Positions 9,801 through 24,800 of a DNA stretch of 64,000 nt are shown in pieces; position 1 is the first letter of the stretch, and the number at the start of each line of letters is the position of its first letter. A program made the position numbers and the translations under genes. Origin of the DNA: the human T2T-CHM13v2.0 reference genome, Homo sapiens; assembly GCF_009914755.1 (NCBI RefSeq), contig NC_060942.1; one strand, written 5' to 3'. The notes under the pieces are model-generated. The model did no database searches and was not told the DNA's origin. It saw nothing but the letters and a program-made list of their open reading frames with translations.

Positions 9801-12800
9801 TCCCTTTGGTAGAGCAGGTTTGAAACACTCTTTTTGTAGTATCTGGAAGTGGACATTTGGAGCGCTTTCAGGCCTACGTTGGAAAAGGAAATATCTTCCC
9901 ATAACAACTAGACAGAAGCATTCTCAGAAACTAGTTTCTGATGTGTGTCCTCAACTAACACAGTTGAACATTTCTTTAGACAGAACAGTTTTGAAACACT
10001 CTTTTTGTGGAATCTGCAAGTGGCTATTTGGCTAGATTTGAGGATTTCGTTGGAAACGGGATTACATATAAAAAGCAGTCAGCAGCATTCTCAGAAAGTT
10101 CTTTGTGATGATTGCATTCAAGTCACAGAATTGAACATTCCCTTTCACAGAGCAGGTTTGAAACACTCTTTTTGTAGTGTGTGTAAGTGGACATTTGGAG
10201 CACTTACCGGCCTAAGGTGAAAAAGGAAATAATCTTCCCATAAAAACTAGACAGAAGCATTCTCAGAAACTTACTCGTGATGTGTGTCCTCAACTAAAGG
10301 AGTAGAACCTTTCTTTTCATAGAGAAGTTTTGAAACGCTCTTTTTGTGGAATCTGCAAGTGGATATTTGGCTAGTTTTGAGGATTTCGTTGGAAGCGGGA
10401 ATTCATACAAATTGCAGACTGCAGCGTTCTGAGAAACATCTTTGTGATGTTTGTATTCAGGACACAGAGTTGAACATTCCCTATCATAGAGCAGGTTTGA
10501 ATCACTCCTTTTGTAGTATCTGGAAGTGGACATTTGGAGCGCTTTCAGGCCTATGTTGGAAAAGGAAATATCTTCCCATAACAACTAGACAGAAGCATTC
10601 TCAGAAACTTATTTGAGATGTGTGTACTCAACTAAGAGAATTGAACCACCGTTTTGAAGGAGCAGTTTTGAAACTCTCTTTTTCTGGAATCTGCAAGTGG
10701 ATATTTGGCTAGCTTTGGGGATTTCGCTGGAAGCGGGAATACATATAAAAAGCACACAGCAGCGTTCTGAGAAACTGCTTTCTGATGTTTGCATTCAAGT
10801 CAAAAGTTGAACACTCCCTTTCATAGAGCAGTCCTGAAACACCCCTTTTGTAGTATCTGGAACTGGACTTTTGGAGCGATTTCAGGGCTAAGGTGAAAAA
10901 GGAAATATCTTCCCATAAAAACTGGACAGAAGCATTCTCAGAAACTTGTTTATGCTGTATCTACTCAACTAACAAAGTTGAACCTTTCTTTTGATAGAGC
11001 AGTTTTGAAATGGTCTTTTTGTGGAATCTGCAAGTGGATATTTGGCTAGTTTTGAGGATTTCGTTGGAAGCGGGAATTCATACAAATTGCAGACTGCAGC
11101 GTTCTGAGAAACATCTTTGTGATGTTTGTATTCAGGACACAGAGTTGAACATTCCCTATCATAGAGCAGGTTGGAATCACTCCTTTTGTAGTATCTGGAA
11201 GTGGACATTTGGAGCGCTTTCAGGCCTATTTTGGAAAGGGAAATATCTTCCCGTAACAACTATGCAGAAGCATTCTCAGAAACTTGTTTGTGATGTGTGC
11301 CCTCTACTGACAGAGTTGAACCTTTCTTTTCATAGAGCACTTTTGAAACACTCTTTTTGTAGAATCTGCAAGAGGATATTTGCATAGCTTTGAGGATTTC
11401 GTGGGAAACGGGATTGTCTTCAGGTAAAATCTAGACAGAAGCATTCTCAGAAACTTCTTTGGGATGTTTGCATTCAAGTCACAGAGTAGAACATTCCCTT
11501 TGGTAGAGCAGGTTTGAAACACTCTTTTTGTAGTATCTGGAAGTGGACATTTGGAGCGCTTTCAGGCCCATGTTGGAAAGGGAAATATCTTCCCGTAACA
11601 ACTAGGCAGAAGCATTCTCAGAAACTTATTTGAGATGTGTGTACTCAACTAAGAGAATTGAACCACCGTTTTGAAGGAGCAGTTTTGAAACACTCTTTTT
11701 CTGCAATCTGCAAGAGTATATTTGCCTAGCCTTGAGGATTTCGTTGGAAACGGGATTGTCTTCAGAGAAAATCTAGACAGAAGCATTCTCAGAAACTTCT
11801 TTGGGATGCTTGCATTCAAGTCACAGAGTAGAACATTCCCTTTGGTAGAGCAGGTTTGAAACACTCTTTTTGTAGTATCTGGAAGTGGACATTTGGAGCG
11901 CTTTCAGGCCTACGTTGGAAAAGGAAATATCTTCCCATAACAACTAGACAGAAGCATTCTCAGAAACTAGTTTCTGATGTGTGTCCTCAACTAACACAGT
12001 TGAACATTTCTTTAGACAGAACAGTTTTGAAACACTCTTTTTGTGGAATCTGCAAGTGGCTATTTGGCTAGATTTGAGGATTTCGTTGGAAACGGGATTA
12101 CATATAAAAAGCAGTCAGCAGCATTCTCAGAAAGTTCTTTGTGATGATTGCATTCAAGTCACAGAATTGAACATTCCCTTTCACAGAGCAGGTTTGAAAC
12201 ACTCTTTTTGTAGTGTGTGTAAGTGGACATTTGGAGCACTTACCGGCCTAAGGTGAAAAAGGAAATAATCTTCCCATAAAAACTAGACAGAAGCATTCTC
12301 AGAAACTTACTCGTGATGTGTGTCCTCAACTAAAGGAGTAGAACCTTTCTTTTCATAGAGAAGTTTTGAAACGCTCTTTTTGTGGAATCTGCAAGTGGAT
12401 ATTTGGCTAGTTTTGAGGATTTCGTTGGAAGCGGGAATTCATACAAATTGCAGACTGCAGCGTTCTGAGAAACATCTTTGTGATGTTTGTATTCAGGACA
12501 CAGAGTTGAACATTCCCTATCATAGAGCAGGTTTGAATCACTCCTTTTGTAGTATCTGGAAGTGGACATTTGGAGCGCTTTCAGGCCTATGTTGGAAAAG
12601 GAAATATCTTCCCATAACAACTAGACAGAAGCATTCTCAGAAACTTATTTGAGATGTGTGTACTCAACTAAGAGAATTGAACCACCGTTTTGAAGGAGCA
12701 GTTTTGAAACTCTCTTTTTCTGGAATCTGCAAGTGGATATTTGGCTAGCTTTGGGGATTTCGCTGGAAGCGGGAATACATATAAAAAGCACACAGCAGCG

Positions 12801-15800
12801 TTCTGAGAAACTGCTTTCTGATGTTTGCATTCAAGTCAAAAGTTGAACACTCCCTTTCATAGAGCAGTCCTGAAACACCCCTTTTGTAGTATCTGGAACT
12901 GGACTTTTGGAGCGATTTCAGGGCTAAGGTGAAAAAGGAAATATCTTCCCATAAAAACTGGACAGAAGCATTCTCAGAAACTTGTTTATGCTGTATCTAC
13001 TCAACTAACAAAGTTGAACCTTTCTTTTGATAGAGCAGTTTTGAAATGGTCTTTTTGTGGAATCTGCAAGTGGATATTTGGCTAGTTTTGAGGATTTCGT
13101 TGGAAGCGGGAATTCATACAAATTGCAGACTGCAGCGTTCTGAGAAACATCTTTGTGATGTTTGTATTCAGGACACAGAGTTGAACATTCCCTATCATAG
13201 AGCAGGTTGGAATCACTCCTTTTGTAGTATCTGGAAGTGGACATTTGGAGCGCTTTCAGGCCTATTTTGGAAAGGGAAATATCTTCCCGTAACAACTATG
13301 CAGAAGCATTCTCAGAAACTTGTTTGTGATGTGTGCCCTCTACTGACAGAGTTGAACCTTTCTTTTCATAGAGCACTTTTGAAACACTCTTTTTGTAGAA
13401 TCTGCAAGAGGATATTTGCATAGCTTTGAGGATTTCGTGGGAAACGGGATTGTCTTCAGGTAAAATCTAGACAGAAGCATTCTCAGAAACTTCTTTGGGA
13501 TGTTTGCATTCAAGTCACAGAGTAGAACATTCCCTTTGGTAGAGCAGGTTTGAAACACTCTTTTTGTAGTATCTGGAAGTGGACATTTGGAGCGCTTTCA
13601 GGCCCATGTTGGAAAGGGAAATATCTTCCCGTAACAACTAGGCAGAAGCATTCTCAGAAACTTATTTGAGATGTGTGTACTCAACTAAGAGAATTGAACC
13701 ACCGTTTTGAAGGAGCAGTTTTGAAACACTCTTTTTCTGGAATCTGCAAGAGTATATTTGCCTAGCCTTGAGGATTTCGTTGGAAACGGGATTGTCTTCA
13801 GAGAAAATCTAGACAGAAGCATTCTCAGAAACTTCTTTGGGATGCTTGCATTCAAGTCACAGAGTAGAACATTCCCTTTGGTAGAGCAGGTTTGAAACAC
13901 TCTTTTTGTAGTATCTGGAAGTGGACATTTGGAGCGCTTTCAGGCCTACGTTGGAAAAGGAAATATCTTCCCATAACAACTAGACAGAAGCATTCTCAGA
14001 AACTAGTTTCTGATGTGTGTCCTCAACTAACACAGTTGAACATTTCTTTAGACAGAACAGTTTTGAAACACTCTTTTTGTGGAATCTGCAAGTGGCTATT
14101 TGGCTAGATTTGAGGATTTCGTTGGAAACGGGATTACATATAAAAAGCAGTCAGCAGCATTCTCAGAAAGTTCTTTGTGATGATTGCATTCAAGTCACAG
14201 AATTGAACATTCCCTTTCACAGAGCAGGTTTGAAACACTCTTTTTGTAGTGTGTGTAAGTGGACATTTGGAGCACTTACCGGCCTAAGGTGAAAAAGGAA
14301 ATAATCTTCCCATAAAAACTAGACAGAAGCATTCTCAGAAACTTACTCGTGATGTGTGTCCTCAACTAAAGGAGTAGAACCTTTCTTTTCATAGAGAAGT
14401 TTTGAAACGCTCTTTTTGTGGAATCTGCAAGTGGATATTTGGCTAGTTTTGAGGATTTCGTTGGAAGCGGGAATTCATACAAATTGCAGACTGCAGCGTT
14501 CTGAGAAACATCTTTGTGATGTTTGTATTCAGGACACAGAGTTGAACATTCCCTATCATAGAGCAGGTTTGAATCACTCCTTTTGTAGTATCTGGAAGTG
14601 GACATTTGGAGCGCTTTCAGGCCTATGTTGGAAAAGGAAATATCTTCCCATAACAACTAGACAGAAGCATTCTCAGAAACTTATTTGAGATGTGTGTACT
14701 CAACTAAGAGAATTGAACCACCGTTTTGAAGGAGCAGTTTTGAAACTCTCTTTTTCTGGAATCTGCAAGTGGATATTTGGCTAGCTTTGGGGATTTCGCT
14801 GGAAGCGGGAATACATATAAAAAGCACACAGCAGCGTTCTGAGAAACTGCTTTCTGATGTTTGCATTCAAGTCAAAAGTTGAACACTCCCTTTCATAGAG
14901 CAGTCCTGAAACACCCCTTTTGTAGTATCTGGAACTGGACTTTTGGAGCGATTTCAGGGCTAAGGTGAAAAAGGAAATATCTTCCCATAAAAACTGGACA
15001 GAAGCATTCTCAGAAACTTGTTTATGCTGTATCTACTCAACTAACAAAGTTGAACCTTTCTTTTGATAGAGCAGTTTTGAAATGGTCTTTTTGTGGAATC
15101 TGCAAGTGGATATTTGGCTAGTTTTGAGGATTTCGTTGGAAGCGGGAATTCATACAAATTGCAGACTGCAGCGTTCTGAGAAACATCTTTGTGATGTTTG
15201 TATTCAGGACACAGAGTTGAACATTCCCTATCATAGAGCAGGTTGGAATCACTCCTTTTGTAGTATCTGGAAGTGGACATTTGGAGCGCTTTCAGGCCTA
15301 TTTTGGAAAGGGAAATATCTTCCCGTAACAACTATGCAGAAGCATTCTCAGAAACTTGTTTGTGATGTGTGCCCTCTACTGACAGAGTTGAACCTTTCTT
15401 TTCATAGAGCACTTTTGAAACACTCTTTTTGTAGAATCTGCAAGAGGATATTTGCATAGCTTTGAGGATTTCGTGGGAAACGGGATTGTCTTCAGGTAAA
15501 ATCTAGACAGAAGCATTCTCAGAAACTTCTTTGGGATGTTTGCATTCAAGTCACAGAGTAGAACATTCCCTTTGGTAGAGCAGGTTTGAAACACTCTTTT
15601 TGTAGTATCTGGAAGTGGACATTTGGAGCGCTTTCAGGCCCATGTTGGAAAGGGAAATATCTTCCCGTAACAACTAGGCAGAAGCATTCTCAGAAACTTA
15701 TTTGAGATGTGTGTACTCAACTAAGAGAATTGAACCACCGTTTTGAAGGAGCAGTTTTGAAACACTCTTTTTCTGCAATCTGCAAGAGTATATTTGCCTA

Positions 15801-18800
15801 GCCTTGAGGATTTCGTTGGAAACGGGATTGTCTTCAGAGAAAATCTAGACAGAAGCATTCTCAGAAACTTCTTTGGGATGCTTGCATTCAAGTCACAGAG
15901 TAGAACATTCCCTTTGGTAGAGCAGGTTTGAAACACTCTTTTTGTAGTATCTGGAAGTGGACATTTGGAGCGCTTTCAGGCCTACGTTGGAAAAGGAAAT
16001 ATCTTCCCATAACAACTAGACAGAAGCATTCTCAGAAACTAGTTTCTGATGTGTGTCCTCAACTAACACAGTTGAACATTTCTTTAGACAGAACAGTTTT
16101 GAAACACTCTTTTTGTGGAATCTGCAAGTGGCTATTTGGCTAGATTTGAGGATTTCGTTGGAAACGGGATTACATATAAAAAGCAGTCAGCAGCATTCTC
16201 AGAAAGTTCTTTGTGATGATTGCATTCAAGTCACAGAATTGAACATTCCCTTTCACAGAGCAGGTTTGAAACACTCTTTTTGTAGTGTGTGTAAGTGGAC
16301 ATTTGGAGCACTTACCGGCCTAAGGTGAAAAAGGAAATAATCTTCCCATAAAAACTAGACAGAAGCATTCTCAGAAACTTACTCGTGATGTGTGTCCTCA
16401 ACTAAAGGAGTAGAACCTTTCTTTTCATAGAGAAGTTTTGAAACGCTCTTTTTGTGGAATCTGCAAGTGGATATTTGGCTAGTTTTGAGGATTTCGTTGG
16501 AAGCGGGAATTCATACAAATTGCAGACTGCAGCGTTCTGAGAAACATCTTTGTGATGTTTGTATTCAGGACACAGAGTTGAACATTCCCTATCATAGAGC
16601 AGGTTTGAATCACTCCTTTTGTAGTATCTGGAAGTGGACATTTGGAGCGCTTTCAGGCCTATGTTGGAAAAGGAAATATCTTCCCATAACAACTAGACAG
16701 AAGCATTCTCAGAAACTTATTTGAGATGTGTGTACTCAACTAAGAGAATTGAACCACCGTTTTGAAGGAGCAGTTTTGAAACTCTCTTTTTCTGGAATCT
16801 GCAAGTGGATATTTGGCTAGCTTTGGGGATTTCGCTGGAAGCGGGAATACATATAAAAAGCACACAGCAGCGTTCTGAGAAACTGCTTTCTGATGTTTGC
16901 ATTCAAGTCAAAAGTTGAACACTCCCTTTCATAGAGCAGTCCTGAAACACCCCTTTTGTAGTATCTGGAACTGGACTTTTGGAGCGATTTCAGGGCTAAG
17001 GTGAAAAAGGAAATATCTTCCCATAAAAACTGGACAGAAGCATTCTCAGAAACTTGTTTATGCTGTATCTACTCAACTAACAAAGTTGAACCTTTCTTTT
17101 GATAGAGCAGTTTTGAAATGGTCTTTTTGTGGAATCTGCAAGTGGATATTTGGCTAGTTTTGAGGATTTCGTTGGAAGCGGGAATTCATACAAATTGCAG
17201 ACTGCAGCGTTCTGAGAAACATCTTTGTGATGTTTGTATTCAGGACACAGAGTTGAACATTCCCTATCATAGAGCAGGTTGGAATCACTCCTTTTGTAGT
17301 ATCTGGAAGTGGACATTTGGAGCGCTTTCAGGCCTATTTTGGAAAGGGAAATATCTTCCCGTAACAACTATGCAGAAGCATTCTCAGAAACTTGTTTGTG
17401 ATGTGTGCCCTCTACTGACAGAGTTGAACCTTTCTTTTCATAGAGCAGTTTTGAAACACTCTTTTTGTAGAATCTGCAAGAGGATATTTGCATAGCTTTG
17501 AGGATTTCGTGGGAAACGGGATTGTCTTCAGGTAAAATCTAGACAGAAGCATTCTCAGAAACTTCTTTGGGATGTTTGCATTCAAGTCACAGAGTAGAAC
17601 ATTCCCTTTGGTAGAGCAGGTTTGAAACACTCTTTTTGTAGTATCTGGAAGTGGACATTTGGAGCGCTTTCAGGCCCATGTTGGAAAGGGAAATATCTTC
17701 CCGTAACAACTAGGCAGAAGCATTCTCAGAAACTTATTTGAGATGTGTGTACTCAACTAAGAGAATTGAACCACCGTTTTGAAGGAGCAGTTTTGAAACA
17801 CTCTTTTTCTGCAATCTGCAAGAGTATATTTGCCTAGCCTTGAGGATTTCGTTGGAAACGGGATTGTCTTCAGAGAAAATCTAGACAGAAGCATTCTCAG
17901 AAACTTCTTTGGGATGCTTGCATTCAAGTCACAGAGTAGAACATTCCCTTTGGTAGAGCAGGTTTGAAACACTCTTTTTGTAGTATCTGGAAGTGGACAT
18001 TTGGAGCGCTTTCAGGCCTACGTTGGAAAAGGAAATATCTTCCCATAACAACTAGACAGAAGCATTCTCAGAAACTAGTTTCTGATGTGTGTCCTCAACT
18101 AACACAGTTGAACATTTCTTTAGACAGAACAGTTTTGAAACACTCTTTTTGTGGAATCTGCAAGTGGCTATTTGGCTAGATTTGAGGATTTCGTTGGAAA
18201 CGGGATTACATATAAAAAGCAGTCAGCAGCATTCTCAGAAAGTTCTTTGTGATGATTGCATTCAAGTCACAGAATTGAACATTCCCTTTCACAGAGCAGG
18301 TTTGAAACACTCTTTTTGTAGTGTGTGTAAGTGGACATTTGGAGCACTTACCGGCCTAAGGTGAAAAAGGAAATAATCTTCCCATAAAAACTAGACAGAA
18401 GCATTCTCAGAAACTTACTCGTGATGTGTGTCCTCAACTAAAGGAGTAGAACCTTTCTTTTCATAGAGAAGTTTTGAAACGCTCTTTTTGTGGAATCTGC
18501 AAGTGGATATTTGGCTAGTTTTGAGGATTTCGTTGGAAGCGGGAATTCATACAAATTGCAGACTGCAGCGTTCTGAGAAACATCTTTGTGATGTTTGTAT
18601 TCAGGACACAGAGTTGAACATTCCCTATCATAGAGCAGGTTTGAATCACTCCTTTTGTAGTATCTGGAAGTGGACATTTGGAGCGCTTTCAGGCCTATGT
18701 TGGAAAAGGAAATATCTTCCCATAACAACTAGACAGAAGCATTCTCAGAAACTTATTTGAGATGTGTGTACTCAACTAAGAGAATTGAACCACCGTTTTG

Positions 18801-21800
18801 AAGGAGCAGTTTTGAAACTCTCTTTTTCTGGAATCTGCAAGTGGATATTTGGCTAGCTTTGGGGATTTCGCTGGAAGCGGGAATACATATAAAAAGCACA
18901 CAGCAGCGTTCTGAGAAACTGCTTTCTGATGTTTGCATTCAAGTCAAAAGTTGAACACTCCCTTTCATAGAGCAGTCCTGAAACACCCCTTTTGTAGTAT
19001 CTGGAACTGGACTTTTGGAGCGATTTCAGGGCTAAGGTGAAAAAGGAAATATCTTCCCATAAAAACTGGACAGAAGCATTCTCAGAAACTTGTTTATGCT
19101 GTATCTACTCAACTAACAAAGTTGAACCTTTCTTTTGATAGAGCAGTTTTGAAATGGTCTTTTTGTGGAATCTGCAAGTGGATATTTGGCTAGTTTTGAG
19201 GATTTCGTTGGAAGCGGGAATTCATACAAATTGCAGACTGCAGCGTTCTGAGAAACATCTTTGTGATGTTTGTATTCAGGACACAGAGTTGAACATTCCC
19301 TATCATAGAGCAGGTTGGAATCACTCCTTTTGTAGTATCTGGAAGTGGACATTTGGAGCGCTTTCAGGCCTATTTTGGAAAGGGAAATATCTTCCCGTAA
19401 CAACTATGCAGAAGCATTCTCAGAAACTTGTTTGTGATGTGTGCCCTCTACTGACAGAGTTGAACCTTTCTTTTCATAGAGCAGTTTTGAAACACTCTTT
19501 TTGTAGAATCTGCAAGAGGATATTTGCATAGCTTTGAGGATTTCGTGGGAAACGGGATTGTCTTCAGGTAAAATCTAGACAGAAGCATTCTCAGAAACTT
19601 CTTTGGGATGTTTGCATTCAAGTCACAGAGTAGAACATTCCCTTTGGTAGAGCAGGTTTGAAACACTCTTTTTGTAGTATCTGGAAGTGGACATTTGGAG
19701 CGCTTTCAGGCCCATGTTGGAAAGGGAAATATCTTCCCGTAACAACTAGGCAGAAGCATTCTCAGAAACTTATTTGAGATGTGTGTACTCAACTAAGAGA
19801 ATTGAACCACCGTTTTGAAGGAGCAGTTTTGAAACACTCTTTTTCTGGAATCTGCAAGAGTATATTTGCCTAGCCTTGAGGATTTCGTTGGAAACGGGAT
19901 TGTCTTCAGAGAAAATCTAGACAGAAGCATTCTCAGAAACTTCTTTGGGATGCTTGCATTCAAGTCACAGAGTAGAACATTCCCTTTGGTAGAGCAGGTT
20001 TGAAACACTCTTTTTGTAGTATCTGGAAGTGGACATTTGGAGCGCTTTCAGGCCTACGTTGGAAAAGGAAATATCTTCCCATAACAACTAGACAGAAGCA
20101 TTCTCAGAAACTAGTTTCTGATGTGTGTCCTCAACTAACAGAGTTGAACATTTCTTTAGACAGAACAGTTTTGAAACACTCTTTTTGTGGAATCTGCAAG
20201 TGGCTATTTGGCTAGATTTGAGGATTTCGTTGGAAACGGGATTACATATAAAAAGCAGTCAGCAGCATTCTAAGAAAGTTCTTTGTGATGATTGCATTCA
20301 AGTCACAGAATTGAACATTCCCTTTCACAGAGCAGGTTTGAAACACTCTTTTTGTAGTGTGTGTAAGTGGACATTTGGAGCACTTACCGGCCTAAGGTGA
20401 AAAAGGAAATAATCTTCCCATAAAAACTAGACAGAAGCATTCTCAGAAACTTACTCGTGATGTGTGTCCTCAACTAAAGGAGTAGAACCTTTCTTTTCAT
20501 AGAGAAGTTTTGAAACGCTCTTTTTGTGGAATCTGCAAGTGGATATTTGGCTAGTTTTGAGGATTTCGTTGGAAGCGGGAATTCATACAAATTGCAGACT
20601 GCAGCGTTCTGAGAAACATCTTTGTGATGTTTGTATTCAGGACACAGAGTTGAACATTCCCTATCATAGAGCAGGTTTGAATCACTCCTTTTGTAGTATC
20701 TGGAAGTGGACATTTGGAGCGCTTTCAGGCCTATGTTGGAAAAGGAAATATCTTCCCATAACAACTAGACAGAAGCATTCTCAGAAACTTATTTGAGATG
20801 TGTGTACTCAACTAAGAGAATTGAACCACCGTTTTGAAGGAGCAGTTTTGAAACTCTCTTTTTCTGGAATCTGCAAGTGGATATTTGGCTAGCTTTGGGG
20901 ATTTCGCTGGAAGCGGGAATACATATAAAAAGCACACAGCAGCGTTCTGAGAAACTGCTTTCTGATGTTTGCATTCAAGTCAAAAGTTGAACACTCCCTT
21001 TCATAGAGCAGTCCTGAAACACCCCTTTTGTAGTATCTGGAACTGGACTTTTGGAGCGATTTCAGGGCTAAGGTGAAAAAGGAAATATCTTCCCATAAAA
21101 ACTGGACAGAAGCATTCTCAGAAACTTGTTTATGCTGTATCTACTCAACTAACAAAGTTGAACCTTTCTTTTGATAGAGCAGTTTTGAAATGGTCTTTTT
21201 GTGGAATCTGCAAGTGGATATTTGGCTAGTTTTGAGGATTTCGTTGGAAGCGGGAATTCATACAAATTGCAGACTGCAGCGTTCTGAGAAACATCTTTGT
21301 GATGTTTGTATTCAGGACACAGAGTTGAACATTCCCTATCATAGAGCAGGTTGGAATCACTCCTTTTGTAGTATCTGGAAGTGGACATTTGGAGCGCTTT
21401 CAGGCCTATTTTGGAAAGGGAAATATCTTCCCGTAACAACTATGCAGAAGCATTCTCAGAAACTTGTTTGTGATGTGTGCCCTCTACTGACAGAGTTGAA
21501 CCTTTCTTTTCATAGAGCAGTTTTGAAACACTCTTTTTGTAGAATCTGCAAGAGGATATTTGCATAGCTTTGAGGATTTCGTGGGAAACGGGATTGTCTT
21601 CAGGTAAAATCTAGACAGAAGCATTCTCAGAAACTTCTTTGGGATGTTTGCATTCAAGTCACAGAGTAGAACATTCCCTTTGGTAGAGCAGGTTTGAAAC
21701 ACTCTTTTTGTAGTATCTGGAAGTGGACATTTGGAGCGCTTTCAGGCCCATGTTGGAAAGGGAAATATCTTCCCGTAACAACTAGGCAGAAGCATTCTCA

Positions 21801-24800
21801 GAAACTTATTTGAGATGTGTGTACTCAACTAAGAGAATTGAACCACCGTTTTGAAGGAGCAGTTTTGAAACACTCTTTTTCTGGAATCTGCAAGAGTATA
21901 TTTGCCTAGCCTTGAGGATTTCGTTGGAAACGGGATTGTCTTCAGAGAAAATCTAGACAGAAGCATTCTCAGAAACTTCTTTGGGATGCTTGCATTCAAG
22001 TCACAGAGTAGAACATTCCCTTTGGTAGAGCAGGTTTGAAACACTCTTTTTGTAGTATCTGGAAGTGGACATTTGGAGCGCTTTCAGGCCTACGTTGGAA
22101 AAGGAAATATCTTCCCATAACAACTAGACAGAAGCATTCTCAGAAACTAGTTTCTGATGTGTGTCCTCAACTAACACAGTTGAACATTTCTTTAGACAGA
22201 ACAGTTTTGAAACACTCTTTTTGTGGAATCTGCAAGTGGCTATTTGGCTAGATTTGAGGATTTCGTTGGAAACGGGATTACATATAAAAAGCAGCCAGCA
22301 GCATTCTCAGAAAGTTCTTTGTGATGATTGCATTCAAGTCACAGAATTGAACATTCCCTTTCACAGAGCAGGTTTGAAACACTCTTTTTGTAGTGTGTGT
22401 AAGTGGACATTTGGAGCACTTACCGGCCTAAGGTGAAAAAGGAAATAATCTTCCCATAAAAACTAGACAGAAGCATTCTCAGAAACTTACTCGTGATGTG
22501 TGTCCTCAACTAAAGGAGTAGAACCTTTCTTTTCATAGAGAAGTTTTGAAACGCTCTTTTTGTGGAATCTGCAAGTGGATATTTGGCTAGTTTTGAGGAT
22601 TTCGTTGGAAGCGGGAATTCATACAAATTGCAGACTGCAGCGTTCTGAGAAACATCTTTGTGATGTTTGTATTCAGGACACAGAGTTGAACATTCCCTAT
22701 CATAGAGCAGGTTGGAATCACTCCTTTTGTAGTATCTGGAAGTGGACATTTGGAGCGCTTTCAGGCCTATGTTGGAAAAGGAAATATCTTCCCATAACAA
22801 CTAGACAGAAGCATTCTCAGAAACTTATTTGAGATGTGTGTACTCAACTAAGAGAATTGAACCACCGTTTTGAAGGAGCAGTTTTGAAACTCTCTTTTTC
22901 TGGAATCTGCAAGTGGATATTTGGCTAGCTTTGGGGATTTCGCTGGAAGCGGGAATACATATAAAAAGCACACAGCAGCGTTCTGAGAAACTGCTTTCTG
23001 ATGTTTGCATTCAAGTCAAAAGTTGAACACTCCCTTTCATAGGGCAGTCCTGAAACACCCCTTTTGTAGTATCTGGAACTGGACTTTTGGAGCGATTTCA
23101 GGGCTAAGGTGAAAAAGGAAATATCTTCCCATAAAAACTGGACAGAAGCATTCTCAGAAACTTGTTTATGCTGTATCTACTCAACTAACAAAGTTGAACC
23201 TTTCTTTTGATAGAGCAGTTTTGAAATGGTCTTTTTGTGGAATCTGCAAGTGGATATTTGGCTAGTTTTGAGGATTTCGTTGGAAGCGGGAATTCATACA
23301 AATTGCAGACTGCAGCGTTCTGAGAAACATCTTTGTGATGTTTGTATTCAGGACACAGAGTTGAACATTCCCTATCATAGAGCAGGTTGGAATCACTCCT
23401 TTTGTAGTATCTGGAAGTGGACATTTGGAGCGCTTTCAGGCCTATTTTGGAAAGGGAAATATCTTCCCGTAACAACTATGCAGAAGCATTCTCAGAAACT
23501 TGTTTGTGATGTGTGCCCTCTACTGACAGAGTTGAACCTTTCTTTTCATAGAGCAGTTTTGAAACACTCTTTTTGTAGAATCTGCAAGAGGATATTTGCA
23601 TAGCTTTGAGGATTTCGTGGGAAACGGGATTGTCTTCAGGTAAAATCTAGACAGAAGCATTCTCAGAAACTTCTTTGGGATGTTTGCATTCAAGTCACAG
23701 AGTAGAACATTCCCTTTGGTAGAGCAGGTTTGAAACACTCTTTTTGTAGTATCTGGAAGTGGACATTTGGAGCGCTTTCAGGCCCATGTTGGAAAGGGAA
23801 ATATCTTCCCGTAACAACTAGGCAGAAGCATTCTCAGAAACTTATTTGAGATGTGTGTACTCAACTAAGAGAATTGAACCACCGTTTTGAAGGAGCAGTT
23901 TTGAAACACTCTTTTTCTGGAATCTGCAAGAGTATATTTGCCTAGCCTTGAGGATTTCGTTGGAAACGGGATTGTCTTCAGAGAAAATCTAGACAGAAGC
24001 ATTCTCAGAAACTTCTTTGGGATGCTTGCATTCAAGTCACAGAGTAGAACATTCCCTTTGGTAGAGCAGGTTTGAAACACTCTTTTTGTAGTATCTGGAA
24101 GTGGACATTTGGAGCGCTTTCAGGCCTACGTTGGAAAAGGAAATATCTTCCCATAACAACTAGACAGAAGCATTCTCAGAAACTAGTTTCTGATGTGTGT
24201 CCTCAACTAACAGAGTTGAACATTTCTTTAGACAGAACAGTTTTGAAACACTCTTTTTGTGGAATCTGCAAGTGGCTATTTGGCTAGATTTGAGGATTTC
24301 GTTGGAAACGGGATTACATATAAAAAGCAGCCAGCAGCATTCTCAGAAAGTTCTTTGTGATGATTGCATTCAAGTCACAGAATTGAACATTCCCTTTCAC
24401 AGAGCAGGTTTGAAACACTCTTTTTGTAGTGTGTGTAAGTGGACATTTGGAGCACTTACCGGCCTAAGGTGAAAAAGGAAATAATCTTCCCATAAAAACT
24501 AGACAGAAGCATTCTCAGAAACTTACTCGTGATGTGTGTCCTCAACTAAAGGAGTAGAACCTTTCTTTTCATAGAGAAGTTTTGAAACGCTCTTTTTGGG
24601 GAATCTGCAAGTGGATATTTGGCTAGTTTTGAGGATTTCGTTGGAAGCGGGAATTCATACAAATTGCAGACTGCAGCGTTCTGAGAAACATCTTTGTGAT
24701 GTTTGTATTCAGGACACAGAGTTGAACATTCCCTATCATAGAGCAGGTTTGAATCACTCCTTTTGTAGTATCTGGAAGTGGACATTTGGAGCGCTTTCAG

